Assembly: GCA_046538485.1 (NCBI GenBank)
Contig: JBKHIT010000031.1
Span: forward strand, 1-56,087
DNA length: 56,087 nt
Direction of reading: 5' to 3'
Source: Candidatus Brocadiia bacterium
Lineage (GTDB): Bacteria; Planctomycetota; Brocadiia; SM23-32
The notes under the pieces are model-generated. The model was given only the letters and a program-made list of their open reading frames with translations, did no database searches and was not told the origin of the DNA. The position numbers were made by a program, and so were the translations under genes. Below are positions 1 to 8,722 of the stretch, in pieces (the stretch's first letter is position 1; each line of letters begins with the position of its first letter).

Positions 1-7
1 TCTGGGT

Positions 8-60
8 CGCGTTCTGAACTCCAGCCCCGCAAGAGCGGTTCTGAAGTCCAGTCCGCTCAC
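8..60. repeat. REP-like intergenic repeat (family B), inverted copy of 2984-3041
   Basis: cgcgttctgaactccagcc...ctgaagtccagtccgctcac matches the reverse complement of 2984-3041 at both ends, with a variable middle. Confidence 0.75.
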
Positions 61-98
61 ATGGCTCCGCGCATCACCCGCCTACAAGTCCTTCGCAC

Positions 99-310
99 GT
101 GCTCCGGGAGATGTTCCGGCCGGCTGTGACTGCGCGCAAGCTTTCATGTGGTAATAAGACTGATAAGGGCCGTCGCACGTGGCAGATCCTGGCCAGTATA
201 GCGGCCACTTGTCGGCAGCAGGGACGCTCGTTCATAGATTTTGTCGCCGATAGCATGGGTCTGAACACAAAAACTCCGCGACTGGCAACTGTGCGAGGCT
301 AAACAGGTAC
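99..310 (+). mobile_element. IS66-family transposase C-terminal remnant with probable right end
   Basis: RPAVTARKLSCGNKTDKGRRTWQILASIAATCRQQG resembles the IS66 TnpC C-terminus. The preceding TNNxAER motif is absent. The stop lies within ctaaacaggtac (299-310; reverse complement GTACCTGTTTAG), a plausible terminal repeat. Confidence 0.7.
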
Positions 311-821
311 GAAGGGGCTCACTACGAACCTGACGTCAATTTCGGAGCTTGCGTTAACTCCGGGACCGTGCAAATCACTGAAACGTGCTCGTGGTGGACC
401 GTTTCAGCGGTCCGTGGCCTGCGGAAATGGATGAGACTGAGTGAACGGAGGAACGGACTGGACTGAGTTCTAAGGCAGGCGGCGACAAGGAATGACCGGT
501 GATCAGTCACCAGCAACCAGCAACGAGAGGTGATCAGGTTCAAAGACAACGAATAACGGCAAAGCGACGTCCCCTGTGGGGGGGCCCGGGGAAAAGGCTG
601 CGAGTTTTTACAGACTTTATCTGTATCTGGATAGCTTCCCCCAAGGTAGTCCACCGCGATTCGCCGCCACAGCCGGCTGACGCGGGCGGGATTCGTCTGT
701 GGGCCGGTTTCGGATCTTCATGCGGCGCGGACATTTCCCGGGATTGGGCCCCAGGCGGAAACGACACACGACAACTACCAATTGATGACTCTTGGTCCAC
801 GGATTTGGCAGATTGAACGGC

Positions 822-857
822 AAGGGACTTAAGGGACAGAATGGACGTAAGGAACGG
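822..857. repeat. 9-bp tandem array (AAGGGACnn) x4
   Basis: aagggactt aagggacag aatggacgt aaggaacgg. Confidence 0.8.
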
Positions 858-964
858 GAAGAGCATCTGGAGCGGGGGGAAGGTAAAAATTGGGTTTAAT
901 TTTGTACTCTGCTCTCCAGTTCCCGCCCGTTATTCTTTTTTTCTCTCCCCTCTCAACTCAAAAC

Positions 965-2341
965 TCATCCGTGCGCTTCGTCCCAACCCTGATTCAGAAC
1001 TTCGGAAAGCTGCCGGACAGTTTCTGCATAATCGGTATCTTTGGCGACGTTTCGGTTTTCCTGCGGGTCGGTTCGGTGATCGTAGAGTTCGTACACTTCC
1101 GGCTCGCCACTTTCGTGATCCTGCCACTCGGTATACCGGAAATCATCGGTTCGAATGGTATACCCCATAATGTTGCCGCCCCTGGGATACTGGCTAAAGG
1201 CAGCTTTTTTCAGCGGTTGGGCCGGGTCCTCCAGGAGATGAGTGAGGCTCTGTCCCTCCAAATGTTCGGGTAAGGGCAGGTCGCAGATATCGCAGAGCGT
1301 CGGATACATGTCGACAAATTCCACGAGACTGTTGCTGACGCTTCCCGGTTTGTTCATACCCGGGACGCCCAGGATCATCGGAGCGCGTGCGTCGATTTCG
1401 AAGTTGGTGTGTTTGCACCAGGAAGCGTGTTCGCCGAGTTTCCAGCCGTGGTCTCCCCAGAGGATGATGGCGGTGTCTTTGCGCATGTCCAGACGTTCCA
1501 GTTCCGCCAGAACGCGTCCTACCTGAGCGTCCACGTAGCTGACGCACGCGCGATAGCCGTGGATAAGCTTGCGCGCAAGACCGTCCGGGATCGGGCCCGA
1601 TTCCGGCATGCCGAAATACCCCCGGAGTTCGCCGAAATTAGTCAGGGAGTATTTGGTGACGTTCTCGGGCTCGAAATAGTTCGGGGGCAGTTCGATCGAA
1701 TCTTCGGAGTACATATCCCAGTATTTCCGCGGGCAGCAGAAGGGGAGGTGAGGTTTGATGAACCCGAGGCCCATGAAAAAGTCCGATCCCTGGAGTTCCC
1801 GCAGTTTTTCTATGGCTTCCTCCGCCTGTTTGCCATCTCGATACGCGCTGTCAGGCACATCGGCCCCTTCGAACGCAGGCCCGAGTCCCCGGCGACTGCT
1901 CCCTTTCTTTTCCATCTCTTTATTTGTCGTTTCAATCGCCTCGATCGCTTCGTCTGTCAGGTATCCGCGACCTTTCCAGTCGCCGCTCACACGACTCGGT
2001 TCCTGAGTCCAGCCCTGCGGGTCGTCAGGGAGATGGTGATAGACTTTACCCAGAGAAATGCTCTGATAACCGTTATTTTTGAAGTGTTGGGGCAGAGTCA
2101 GCACGTCGGGCATATTCTCCCGAAGATGCGTCCGCAATCCGTAAATCTCCGTGGTGTCGGGACGCACCCCGCTGAGCACGCTGCATCGGGACGGTGCACA
2201 GACCGCCTGCTGGCAGTAGGCACGATCAAAAAGCAAGCTCTCTTGAGCCAGCTTGTCGATATGGGGTGAGATGACGTTGTCGTGTCCGTAACATCCCAGT
2301 TCGGGGCGCAGATCGTCGAGGACGATAAAGAGAACGTTCAT
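965..2341 (-). CDS. Formylglycine-dependent (S1) sulfatase, iduronate-2-sulfatase-like; no signal peptide
   Basis: NVLFIVLDDLRP start, CAPSRCSVLSG (CxPxR) motif, GKVYH, KPHLPF, WGDHGWKLGEH, WCKHTNFE. Confidence 0.92.
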   Translation of the reverse strand: MNVLFIVLDDLRPELGCYGHDNVISPHIDKLAQESLLFDRAYCQQAVCAPSRCSVLSGVRPDTTEIYGLRTHLRENMPDVLTLPQHFKNNGYQSISLGKVYHHLPDDPQGWTQEPSRVSGDWKGRGYLTDEAIEAIETTNKEMEKKGSSRRGLGPAFEGADVPDSAYRDGKQAEEAIEKLRELQGSDFFMGLGFIKPHLPFCCPRKYWDMYSEDSIELPPNYFEPENVTKYSLTNFGELRGYFGMPESGPIPDGLARKLIHGYRACVSYVDAQVGRVLAELERLDMRKDTAIILWGDHGWKLGEHASWCKHTNFEIDARAPMILGVPGMNKPGSVSNSLVEFVDMYPTLCDICDLPLPEHLEGQSLTHLLEDPAQPLKKAAFSQYPRGGNIMGYTIRTDDFRYTEWQDHESGEPEVYELYDHRTDPQENRNVAKDTDYAETVRQLSEVLNQGWDEAHG

Positions 2342-2428
2342 GGTAAATCCTCGGAGAAAAAGTCGGTGGTCGAGTGAGCCGGATTGTAATGGACTTATTT
2401 GCGGAAAGGCAACCGCGATTGGAGGGAG

Positions 2429-2516
2429 GGGGGACTAAAGGGACCAAAGGGACGGAAGGGGTACCTGAAACGTGACAACAAACTGCTTGAAATGCGACAT
2501 TCTGTAAGTCCCTTCA
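2429..2516. repeat. 9-bp-array element with conserved core, copy 1 (similar to 11050-11151)
   Basis: AAGGGACnn units, then acctgaaacgtgacaacaaactgcttgaaatgcg...tgtaagtcccttcag. Confidence 0.85.
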
Positions 2517-2788
2517 GCAGCCCGCCACCTGACCGCCGGCGCGCCCCAAACGCCATCTTTTTTGCGCGGCGAAACCCGGCAGCGCAAGAGGAGAAGGCTG
2601 GCAGCACGAGCAGTTAGCCCTGCGTTTTGCACGACAAATGTGAGTTTCGAAAAACCGCTATTGATTTCCGCCTCGCCCGGCGGATAAAAGGTAAATTGCG
2701 GAAATGTCTCCCCACCGGAAAAACGCTGGCAGTGGCCGGCAATGAATGGTGGGAGATTTCTTTGAAAGTTGACGTGAGGCCGGGAGGC

Positions 2789-2976
2789 CAGTGCAGTCCC
2801 GGCTGCGAGGTGTTGGCCCGTTGAGTATGACAGGCATCCGTGCCTGGCAGCGGCAGAGCTGCGGGGAAAGAAGTGTTTTGCTTGCCGGGTCTTCGTCTCC
2901 TGAACTTCTGCAAAATCTGCCCGCCTCAAGTCCAGTTTCGCCCGCCATTGGGTGGGCTCAGCTGAGCTCGAGTCTC
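2789..2976. repeat. Intergenic repeat (family C) shared with 28604-28752; its 3' part is shared inverted with 23811-23863 and 44315-44332
   Basis: ttggcccgttgagtatgacaggcatc and ctcagctgagctcgagtctc blocks recur. Confidence 0.75.
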
Positions 2977-2983
2977 AGTTGCC

Positions 2984-3041
2984 GTGAGCGGACTGGACTT
3001 CAGACGGAGGCCGAAGGGCGGAGGCTGGAGTTCAGAACGCG
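2984..3041. repeat. REP-like repeat (family B)
   Basis: Inverted copy of 8-60; contains two CTGGA(C/G)TTCAGA units. Confidence 0.75.
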
Positions 3042-3203
3042 GGCCCATTTGATACAACGACAAGGTCGCCGGCAAGATCCTGCGCTCCTATAACGGCGCT
3101 GCTTTTGGTGTCTCAGGCTGCGGTTGTTGCAACAAAAGAGAAGAAAGGCGAACGGGACGCAAGAACTGAGGTTCTGTCGAACGCGAGCCACTTGCTTGAA
3201 CGG

Positions 3204-3238
3204 AGTCCCTCAGGTCCCTTCCGTCCCTTAGGTCTCTT
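3204..3238. repeat. 9-bp tandem array, GTCCCTT orientation
   Basis: agtccctca ggtcccttc cgtccctta ggtctctt. Confidence 0.8.
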
Positions 3239-3289
3239 TTAAAGCCGAATTCGTGTATTGGATGATTCAAAAGATAATATTAAGAAAGG

Positions 3290-6200
3290 ATGCCAGGTAT
3301 GACGAAGATCCTGACGAAACGCTGGTTCTGGATCACCTGTGTTTTTGCCGTTATTAACATTGTTGGACTGGCAAAAATTGTCTCCGTTCTGGAGGGACAG
3401 GAAAGCGGCCTGCAAGTCGAATCGTTCTCGCCGAGAGGCGAATGCCTTCGAGAATCGAAAATTGAAGTGACCTTCGACCAACCGATGGTTTCCGCGACCG
3501 GTCCGACGGGCCCAGAAGTCAGCTCTCTGGTTCAGTTCGATCCGCCGCTGAAAGGATCTTTCACGTGGACATCGCCCCGGAAACTGACGTTCTGGTCGGA
3601 GCAGCAACTCGCTGCGTGTTCCGAATACACCGCCACAATTTCGAGCGAGATGACGAGTCTTCTGGGATATTCCCTTGGGCAGGGCAGGACTTTCAAGTTC
3701 AACACACCCCCACTTCGTTTCACAAACATTTCCCAGGTCGGCTACGACAGGCGGGCCCGGGCGAGGCTCGGGCTTGAATTCAATAATAAAGTCGTTCCCC
3801 AGGAAGTCCGGCGCCATCTTACTCTCAAGAAGACACGCGATGAGAACGTCGAATTTAATGTTATTACCACCAATCCCGGATACACGGTGCTGGTGCGGAC
3901 AGAGCCGCTGAGTGAAGCGGGTCCGCTGACGGCGCGTCTTTCACAGAATCTCAACGCAGCCGGAGGCGGCCTGGGGCTGGCGGGAGAGACCACTCGCACG
4001 GTTCGAATTGAGCCGGGGATCCATATCGGCACCGCCGATGCGCGGTGCCCGTCCTGGGGCGACCCCTACATCCGGGTCAGATGCACGCAGGTGCCGCATC
4101 TCGAAACGGCGCGGGAATGCCTCCGGCTCAGTCCCCAAGAGGATTTCACACTGGAAAATTACTGGCGGGGGTTGAAACTGCGGGGCAAGTTTCAGCCGGG
4201 CGAGCGATACACCGTTCGTTTTCTCAAAGGTTTCAAGAGCGGCACCGGGGCATACCTCGGCCAGGATGTCACCCGCGAGGTCGTCATCCCCGATCTCCGT
4301 CCCGACCTGCGGTTCCGGACACGCGGACACTATCTGTCGCCGCGTGGGAATCTTCTGATCCCGCTGGAAACCGTGAATCTGAACAGGGCGGAAGTCCGGA
4401 TCGAGAAAGTCTACCACAACAATGTCGTTCACTATCTGCGGGACCAGGACTACAGGCGTCAGAACACGGCTCTGGGCCATGAGGTGGCCACAACGGAGAT
4501 AACTTATCCCGACGAACGAAATGCGGCCCAACAGCGTAACGTCGATCTGCGTCAGCTCCTTGGCGGTGATCCCTCCGGTGTTTATCTCATTTCCGCCCGG
4601 GATCCGAACAACCGCTGGCGACGGGACCGACAGCTGACCATTATCAGCGACCTCGGCGTCTCTGTGAAAACGTCCCAGCGAGATCTCTTCGTGTGGGTCA
4701 ACACTATCAGCGAGGCAAAACCGGTTTCCGGGGCAACCGTCACGCTTTACTCAGCGTCGAATCAGAAACTCATCGCGGGCAAGACTGATGAGGAAGGGGT
4801 GGTTCATTTCCGGGATTTCGAGACCTCCGAACAACTTGAAGCGTATGCCGTTGTGGTTCGAAAAGGATCGGACGCTAACGCTCTGGTATTTTCGCGTAAT
4901 CGGGTGCAGGATTCGTCCTTTGAGATTGGAGGAAGGGCTTATCTTCGGGAAGGTTACGAGGCCCTGGTCTACTCCGAAAGAGGCATCTATCGTCCCGGGG
5001 AGACTGTGAATGTCCACGCTATTGTCCGCGGAGCGAAACGGCAAATGCCCGGCCGATTTCCGGTTACGCTCCGTATCATTTCTCCGGATGGCCGGCAGAT
5101 GCGGGAGTACAGCGCGCCTTTAAGCGATGAAGGATGCGCTGATTTTCGGACCGTTTTGCCGTCGTATGCGCTGACCGGTGGTTACCACGCGGAAGTTTCT
5201 GTTCCCGGAGCGAAGGAAGCCATCGGATCGCACTCGTTCCGCGTGGAAGAATTTGTACCCGATCACCTGACGGCAAGCGTTACGGCACCCGAACGGGTCT
5301 ACAGGGCGGGGGATACTCTGGAATTCGAAGTTTCCGGGTCTCATCTTTTTGGTTCGCCCGCCCAAAACCGGAAAGTGGACGCTCGATGTCGATTTGTTGA
5401 GTCCCGTTTCCGGCCCGACTCTTTTCAGGGCTATTCCTTCCGCGATCAGGAAAAAGGATTCAAGCCCATCGCCAAAAAACTGGGCGAAGCGCGACTGGAG
5501 GAGTCGGGCAAACACCTGTTCACCCTGAAAGTGCCAGAAGAAATCAAAGGTCCTTCTCTCGTGAAAGCGGTTTTCACCGCAAACATACACGAAGTCGGCG
5601 GACGCACGGTTTCCGCCGGACTGGAACGACAGGTTTTTCCGCACGGTGTTCTGGTGGGAGCGAAACGGAAGGCGAAGGGACATTCCGCCATCGGAAAGCA
5701 GGAAGAATTTGACTGCGTCCTCCTGGATCCTGATGGCTCGCCACTGGAAGAAGGATCGGTTTCGGTGAAAGTCTACCGGATCATCTGGCACACGGTCCTG
5801 CGGCGGGACCAGCAGGGCCGTTTCCGTTTCGAGTCGGACCGGGAGCTGAAAGAAGCCGGCGCTTTCAACTGTGAAATGCATCAGGGTACCGGAACCTGCC
5901 ATTTCACGCCGCAGGAATGTGGGAATTATCTCCTGCGATTCCAGGCACCCCGCGGAGAACATTCCGCAACGATTTCATTTTACTGTGGCGGCGGGACCCG
6001 AACGGTCTGGAATATGGAGGAACCCGACACGGTTGAGTTGACCCCTGATAGAGCGAGCTACGTTCCCGGGCAGACGGCCCGTATCGCGCTGAAATCTCCT
6101 TTTCCCGGCCGGGCCCTTGTGACCCTTGAAAGCGATCATGTGGTGTCGAGCCAGACTCTTACACTCGAAGGTAATACAACGGAGATCTCATTTCCCGTGG

Positions 6201-8722
6201 AGGAGACATGGTCGCCCGGTGTCTACTGCAGTGTTACGGTTATTCGGGCCGTTACTCCGGGTCAGGAGTGGCACGGTCACCGGGCGTTTGGCATCGTTCC
6301 GCTCCGTATCAATCACGATTCACAGCGACTCCGGGTGGAACTTGATGTGCCGGAGAAGATACGGCCGGAACGCCCGGTGGAAATCGGGCTTCGGGCGACG
6401 GATGGAGGGGGCAATGGCGTACCGGCGGAGATGACACTTGCGGCCGTCGATGAAGGCATATGCCAAATGTCGCGTTACAGCGCCCCCGACCCGATCCCCT
6501 TTTTCTATGGGAAAAGGCGTCTTGGTGTCGACACGTCGGACCTTTACTCCGCTCTGATGCCCGAGGTGAAAAGGCCGGTCGGGAGTGATTCGCTGGCCGG
6601 GGGAGGGCGCCGGAAGCGGCACGACAGACGGCTGCTGAACCCGATTGCCGCCCGGCGAGTCCGGACGGTATCGCTCTGGAAGTCGGAAATCCGGACCTCG
6701 GAAGAGGGACGGGCAAGCGTCAGCTTTGATATCCCCAGGTTCAACGGTCAGCTCCGGCTCGTGGCGGTTGCTGCATCACAGCGACGATTCGGGATCGCTG
6801 CGAAAAAAATATTGGTGCGTAAACCGTTGATGATCAAATGTTCCTCCCCCCGTTTCCTCGCCCCGAACGACGAGTTCGAAGTGCCCGTCACTGTTTTCAA
6901 CCATACGGGAACCGGCGGAAAGGTTAAAATTACAGCCGAGTTCGGGTCCGATCTGAAAGCGCTGTCTCCAGCCACCTTTGAAAAGAACGTTGAGGGAGAT
7001 TCAGACCGTACCACGAGACTCAAATTCCGCGCTCCGGAACTTCCCGGGAAAGTGGAAATGTCCGTCTCCGCCGTGCTGGGTGACGAACGCGATACGCGGA
7101 AAGTCGAGTTGTCGGTTCGCCCGCCCGCCACGCTGAGTCACGTCTGCGGTCGGGGTGAAGTGGTGGCCGGGGAGGTCGTCGAGGTTGACCTACCGAACGA
7201 CTGGGTCGCCGGCAGCAGCACCTGCCGCATCCGTCTCTCGGCAAAACCAGCCCTCCAGTTTGGCGAAAGTCTGAGCTATCTGCTTCGGTATCCTTACGGT
7301 TGCGCCGAACAGACAACGTCGCGGGTGTTTCCCCTACTCTGTCTCAGCGATATTGCAACTCTCGTCGAAACGGATCGTTTCCGGGGGGACGAGGTCGACC
7401 CTTTCATTCAGGCTGGCATCTGGCGGCTGATTTCGATGCAGACATACGACGGCGGTTTTGCGATGTGGCCGGGCGGGGGACGCCCCGACCCTTACGTCAG
7501 CGTCTACGCCACACATTTCTTGCTGGCAGCCCAAAAGGCCGGACATAAAGTGCCGGAGAATAATCTGAATGAGGCTTATTCTTATCTGAAAACCGTGGCG
7601 CGGGGATCCCGCAGAAAAACGCACACGCTCTCCACGAGAGCTTATGCCTGTTATGTTCTTGCAAAAGCCGGAAAGCCCGCCCGCTCCAGCACGATTCGCC
7701 TGTACGAGCGACGCGATAAACTGTCGACCAGTTCCCGGTTCCAAATCGCAGTGGCTCTGGCCGAAATGGGTGAAGAGGATCTGATCGATGAACTCGTCGG
7801 TGGGGGTGAAGTAGCGGGGACGGAAGCGGACGCTCTGCCCGACCACGGGTTTTCGTCTGTGGTTCGCGGCGATGCGATTTTGCTTTCGGCCCTCCTGAAG
7901 CTGCGCCCCCGCAGCCCGCATGTGCCTCTGCTGGCAGAAAGAATTTCTGGATCGATGCAAAACGGTCGCTGGAGAACGACACAGGAGAATGCCTTTGCTC
8001 TACTGGCGCTGGGACGGTACGCCCGGCAACGCGCCACAGAGACAGATGATTTTACGGCTCGTGTCCGGATCGACGGCCGGGAGCTGGGCCGATTTACGCA
8101 CCGGGATCAACCCGTGTTTGAGCCCGATGAAATCAGCGATGGCAAACTTCATATCAACGTTGAAGGGGAAGGGCGACTCTACTATTACTGGACGGTCGAT
8201 GGGATCCCGCTTTCGGAGAAAGTACCTGAAAAAGATCGTGGCATCGCCGTGCGCCGAAGGTATCTGAACCGGGATGGCCGTCCGCTGGACCTTTCGGAGG
8301 TGAAGCAGGGCCAGGTCGTCATTGCGGAGATCTGGCTTCGAGCCGAGCGGCCGGCCGACAATCTCGTGGTATCGGACCTTCTGCCGGCCGGTTTCGAGAT
8401 ACAGAACCCACGGATTGTGACCCGGGACACTGAGATGCCGGAGGCTACTGTCCCGTTCAATTTTGGTTCGGGGAGCGAGGGCCAGTTTGTGAGTCGGCGG
8501 AATGCCCGTCGTCTGAAACCGGAACATCTCGAGATGCGAGACGATCGACTTCTCCTGTTCTGTGATCTAAACGATGGCGGCGTCAGTTACTACCGTTACA
8601 TTCTTCGGGCGGTCACTGCTGGCACATTCAAGCTTCCGGCGGTTTCCGCCGCGTGCATGTATGAGCCCGAGATCCAGAGCGCCCACGGGAGGGGGGAGGT
8701 CCGGATTGTCCGTGAGCAATGA
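3290..8722 (+). CDS. Bacterial alpha-2-macroglobulin (YfhM-like), N-terminal membrane anchor
   Basis: 1810 aa; ERGIYRPGE, LAAVDEGI, thioester motif YPYGCAEQ (CAEQ at 7301-7312), WRTTQENA, DLLPAGFE; followed by pbpC as is typical. Confidence 0.95.
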   Translation: MPGMTKILTKRWFWITCVFAVINIVGLAKIVSVLEGQESGLQVESFSPRGECLRESKIEVTFDQPMVSATGPTGPEVSSLVQFDPPLKGSFTWTSPRKLTFWSEQQLAACSEYTATISSEMTSLLGYSLGQGRTFKFNTPPLRFTNISQVGYDRRARARLGLEFNNKVVPQEVRRHLTLKKTRDENVEFNVITTNPGYTVLVRTEPLSEAGPLTARLSQNLNAAGGGLGLAGETTRTVRIEPGIHIGTADARCPSWGDPYIRVRCTQVPHLETARECLRLSPQEDFTLENYWRGLKLRGKFQPGERYTVRFLKGFKSGTGAYLGQDVTREVVIPDLRPDLRFRTRGHYLSPRGNLLIPLETVNLNRAEVRIEKVYHNNVVHYLRDQDYRRQNTALGHEVATTEITYPDERNAAQQRNVDLRQLLGGDPSGVYLISARDPNNRWRRDRQLTIISDLGVSVKTSQRDLFVWVNTISEAKPVSGATVTLYSASNQKLIAGKTDEEGVVHFRDFETSEQLEAYAVVVRKGSDANALVFSRNRVQDSSFEIGGRAYLREGYEALVYSERGIYRPGETVNVHAIVRGAKRQMPGRFPVTLRIISPDGRQMREYSAPLSDEGCADFRTVLPSYALTGGYHAEVSVPGAKEAIGSHSFRVEEFVPDHLTASVTAPERVYRAGDTLEFEVSGSHLFGSPAQNRKVDARCRFVESRFRPDSFQGYSFRDQEKGFKPIAKKLGEARLEESGKHLFTLKVPEEIKGPSLVKAVFTANIHEVGGRTVSAGLERQVFPHGVLVGAKRKAKGHSAIGKQEEFDCVLLDPDGSPLEEGSVSVKVYRIIWHTVLRRDQQGRFRFESDRELKEAGAFNCEMHQGTGTCHFTPQECGNYLLRFQAPRGEHSATISFYCGGGTRTVWNMEEPDTVELTPDRASYVPGQTARIALKSPFPGRALVTLESDHVVSSQTLTLEGNTTEISFPVEETWSPGVYCSVTVIRAVTPGQEWHGHRAFGIVPLRINHDSQRLRVELDVPEKIRPERPVEIGLRATDGGGNGVPAEMTLAAVDEGICQMSRYSAPDPIPFFYGKRRLGVDTSDLYSALMPEVKRPVGSDSLAGGGRRKRHDRRLLNPIAARRVRTVSLWKSEIRTSEEGRASVSFDIPRFNGQLRLVAVAASQRRFGIAAKKILVRKPLMIKCSSPRFLAPNDEFEVPVTVFNHTGTGGKVKITAEFGSDLKALSPATFEKNVEGDSDRTTRLKFRAPELPGKVEMSVSAVLGDERDTRKVELSVRPPATLSHVCGRGEVVAGEVVEVDLPNDWVAGSSTCRIRLSAKPALQFGESLSYLLRYPYGCAEQTTSRVFPLLCLSDIATLVETDRFRGDEVDPFIQAGIWRLISMQTYDGGFAMWPGGGRPDPYVSVYATHFLLAAQKAGHKVPENNLNEAYSYLKTVARGSRRKTHTLSTRAYACYVLAKAGKPARSSTIRLYERRDKLSTSSRFQIAVALAEMGEEDLIDELVGGGEVAGTEADALPDHGFSSVVRGDAILLSALLKLRPRSPHVPLLAERISGSMQNGRWRTTQENAFALLALGRYARQRATETDDFTARVRIDGRELGRFTHRDQPVFEPDEISDGKLHINVEGEGRLYYYWTVDGIPLSEKVPEKDRGIAVRRRYLNRDGRPLDLSEVKQGQVVIAEIWLRAERPADNLVVSDLLPAGFEIQNPRIVTRDTEMPEATVPFNFGSGSEGQFVSRRNARRLKPEHLEMRDDRLLLFCDLNDGGVSYYRYILRAVTAGTFKLPAVSAACMYEPEIQSAHGRGEVRIVREQ

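Noticed and set aside
322..866. Short overlapping ORFs after the IS66 end
   Set aside because: No recognisable motifs; region contains small hairpins (ggaccg-tttcag-cggtcc) and degenerate repeats
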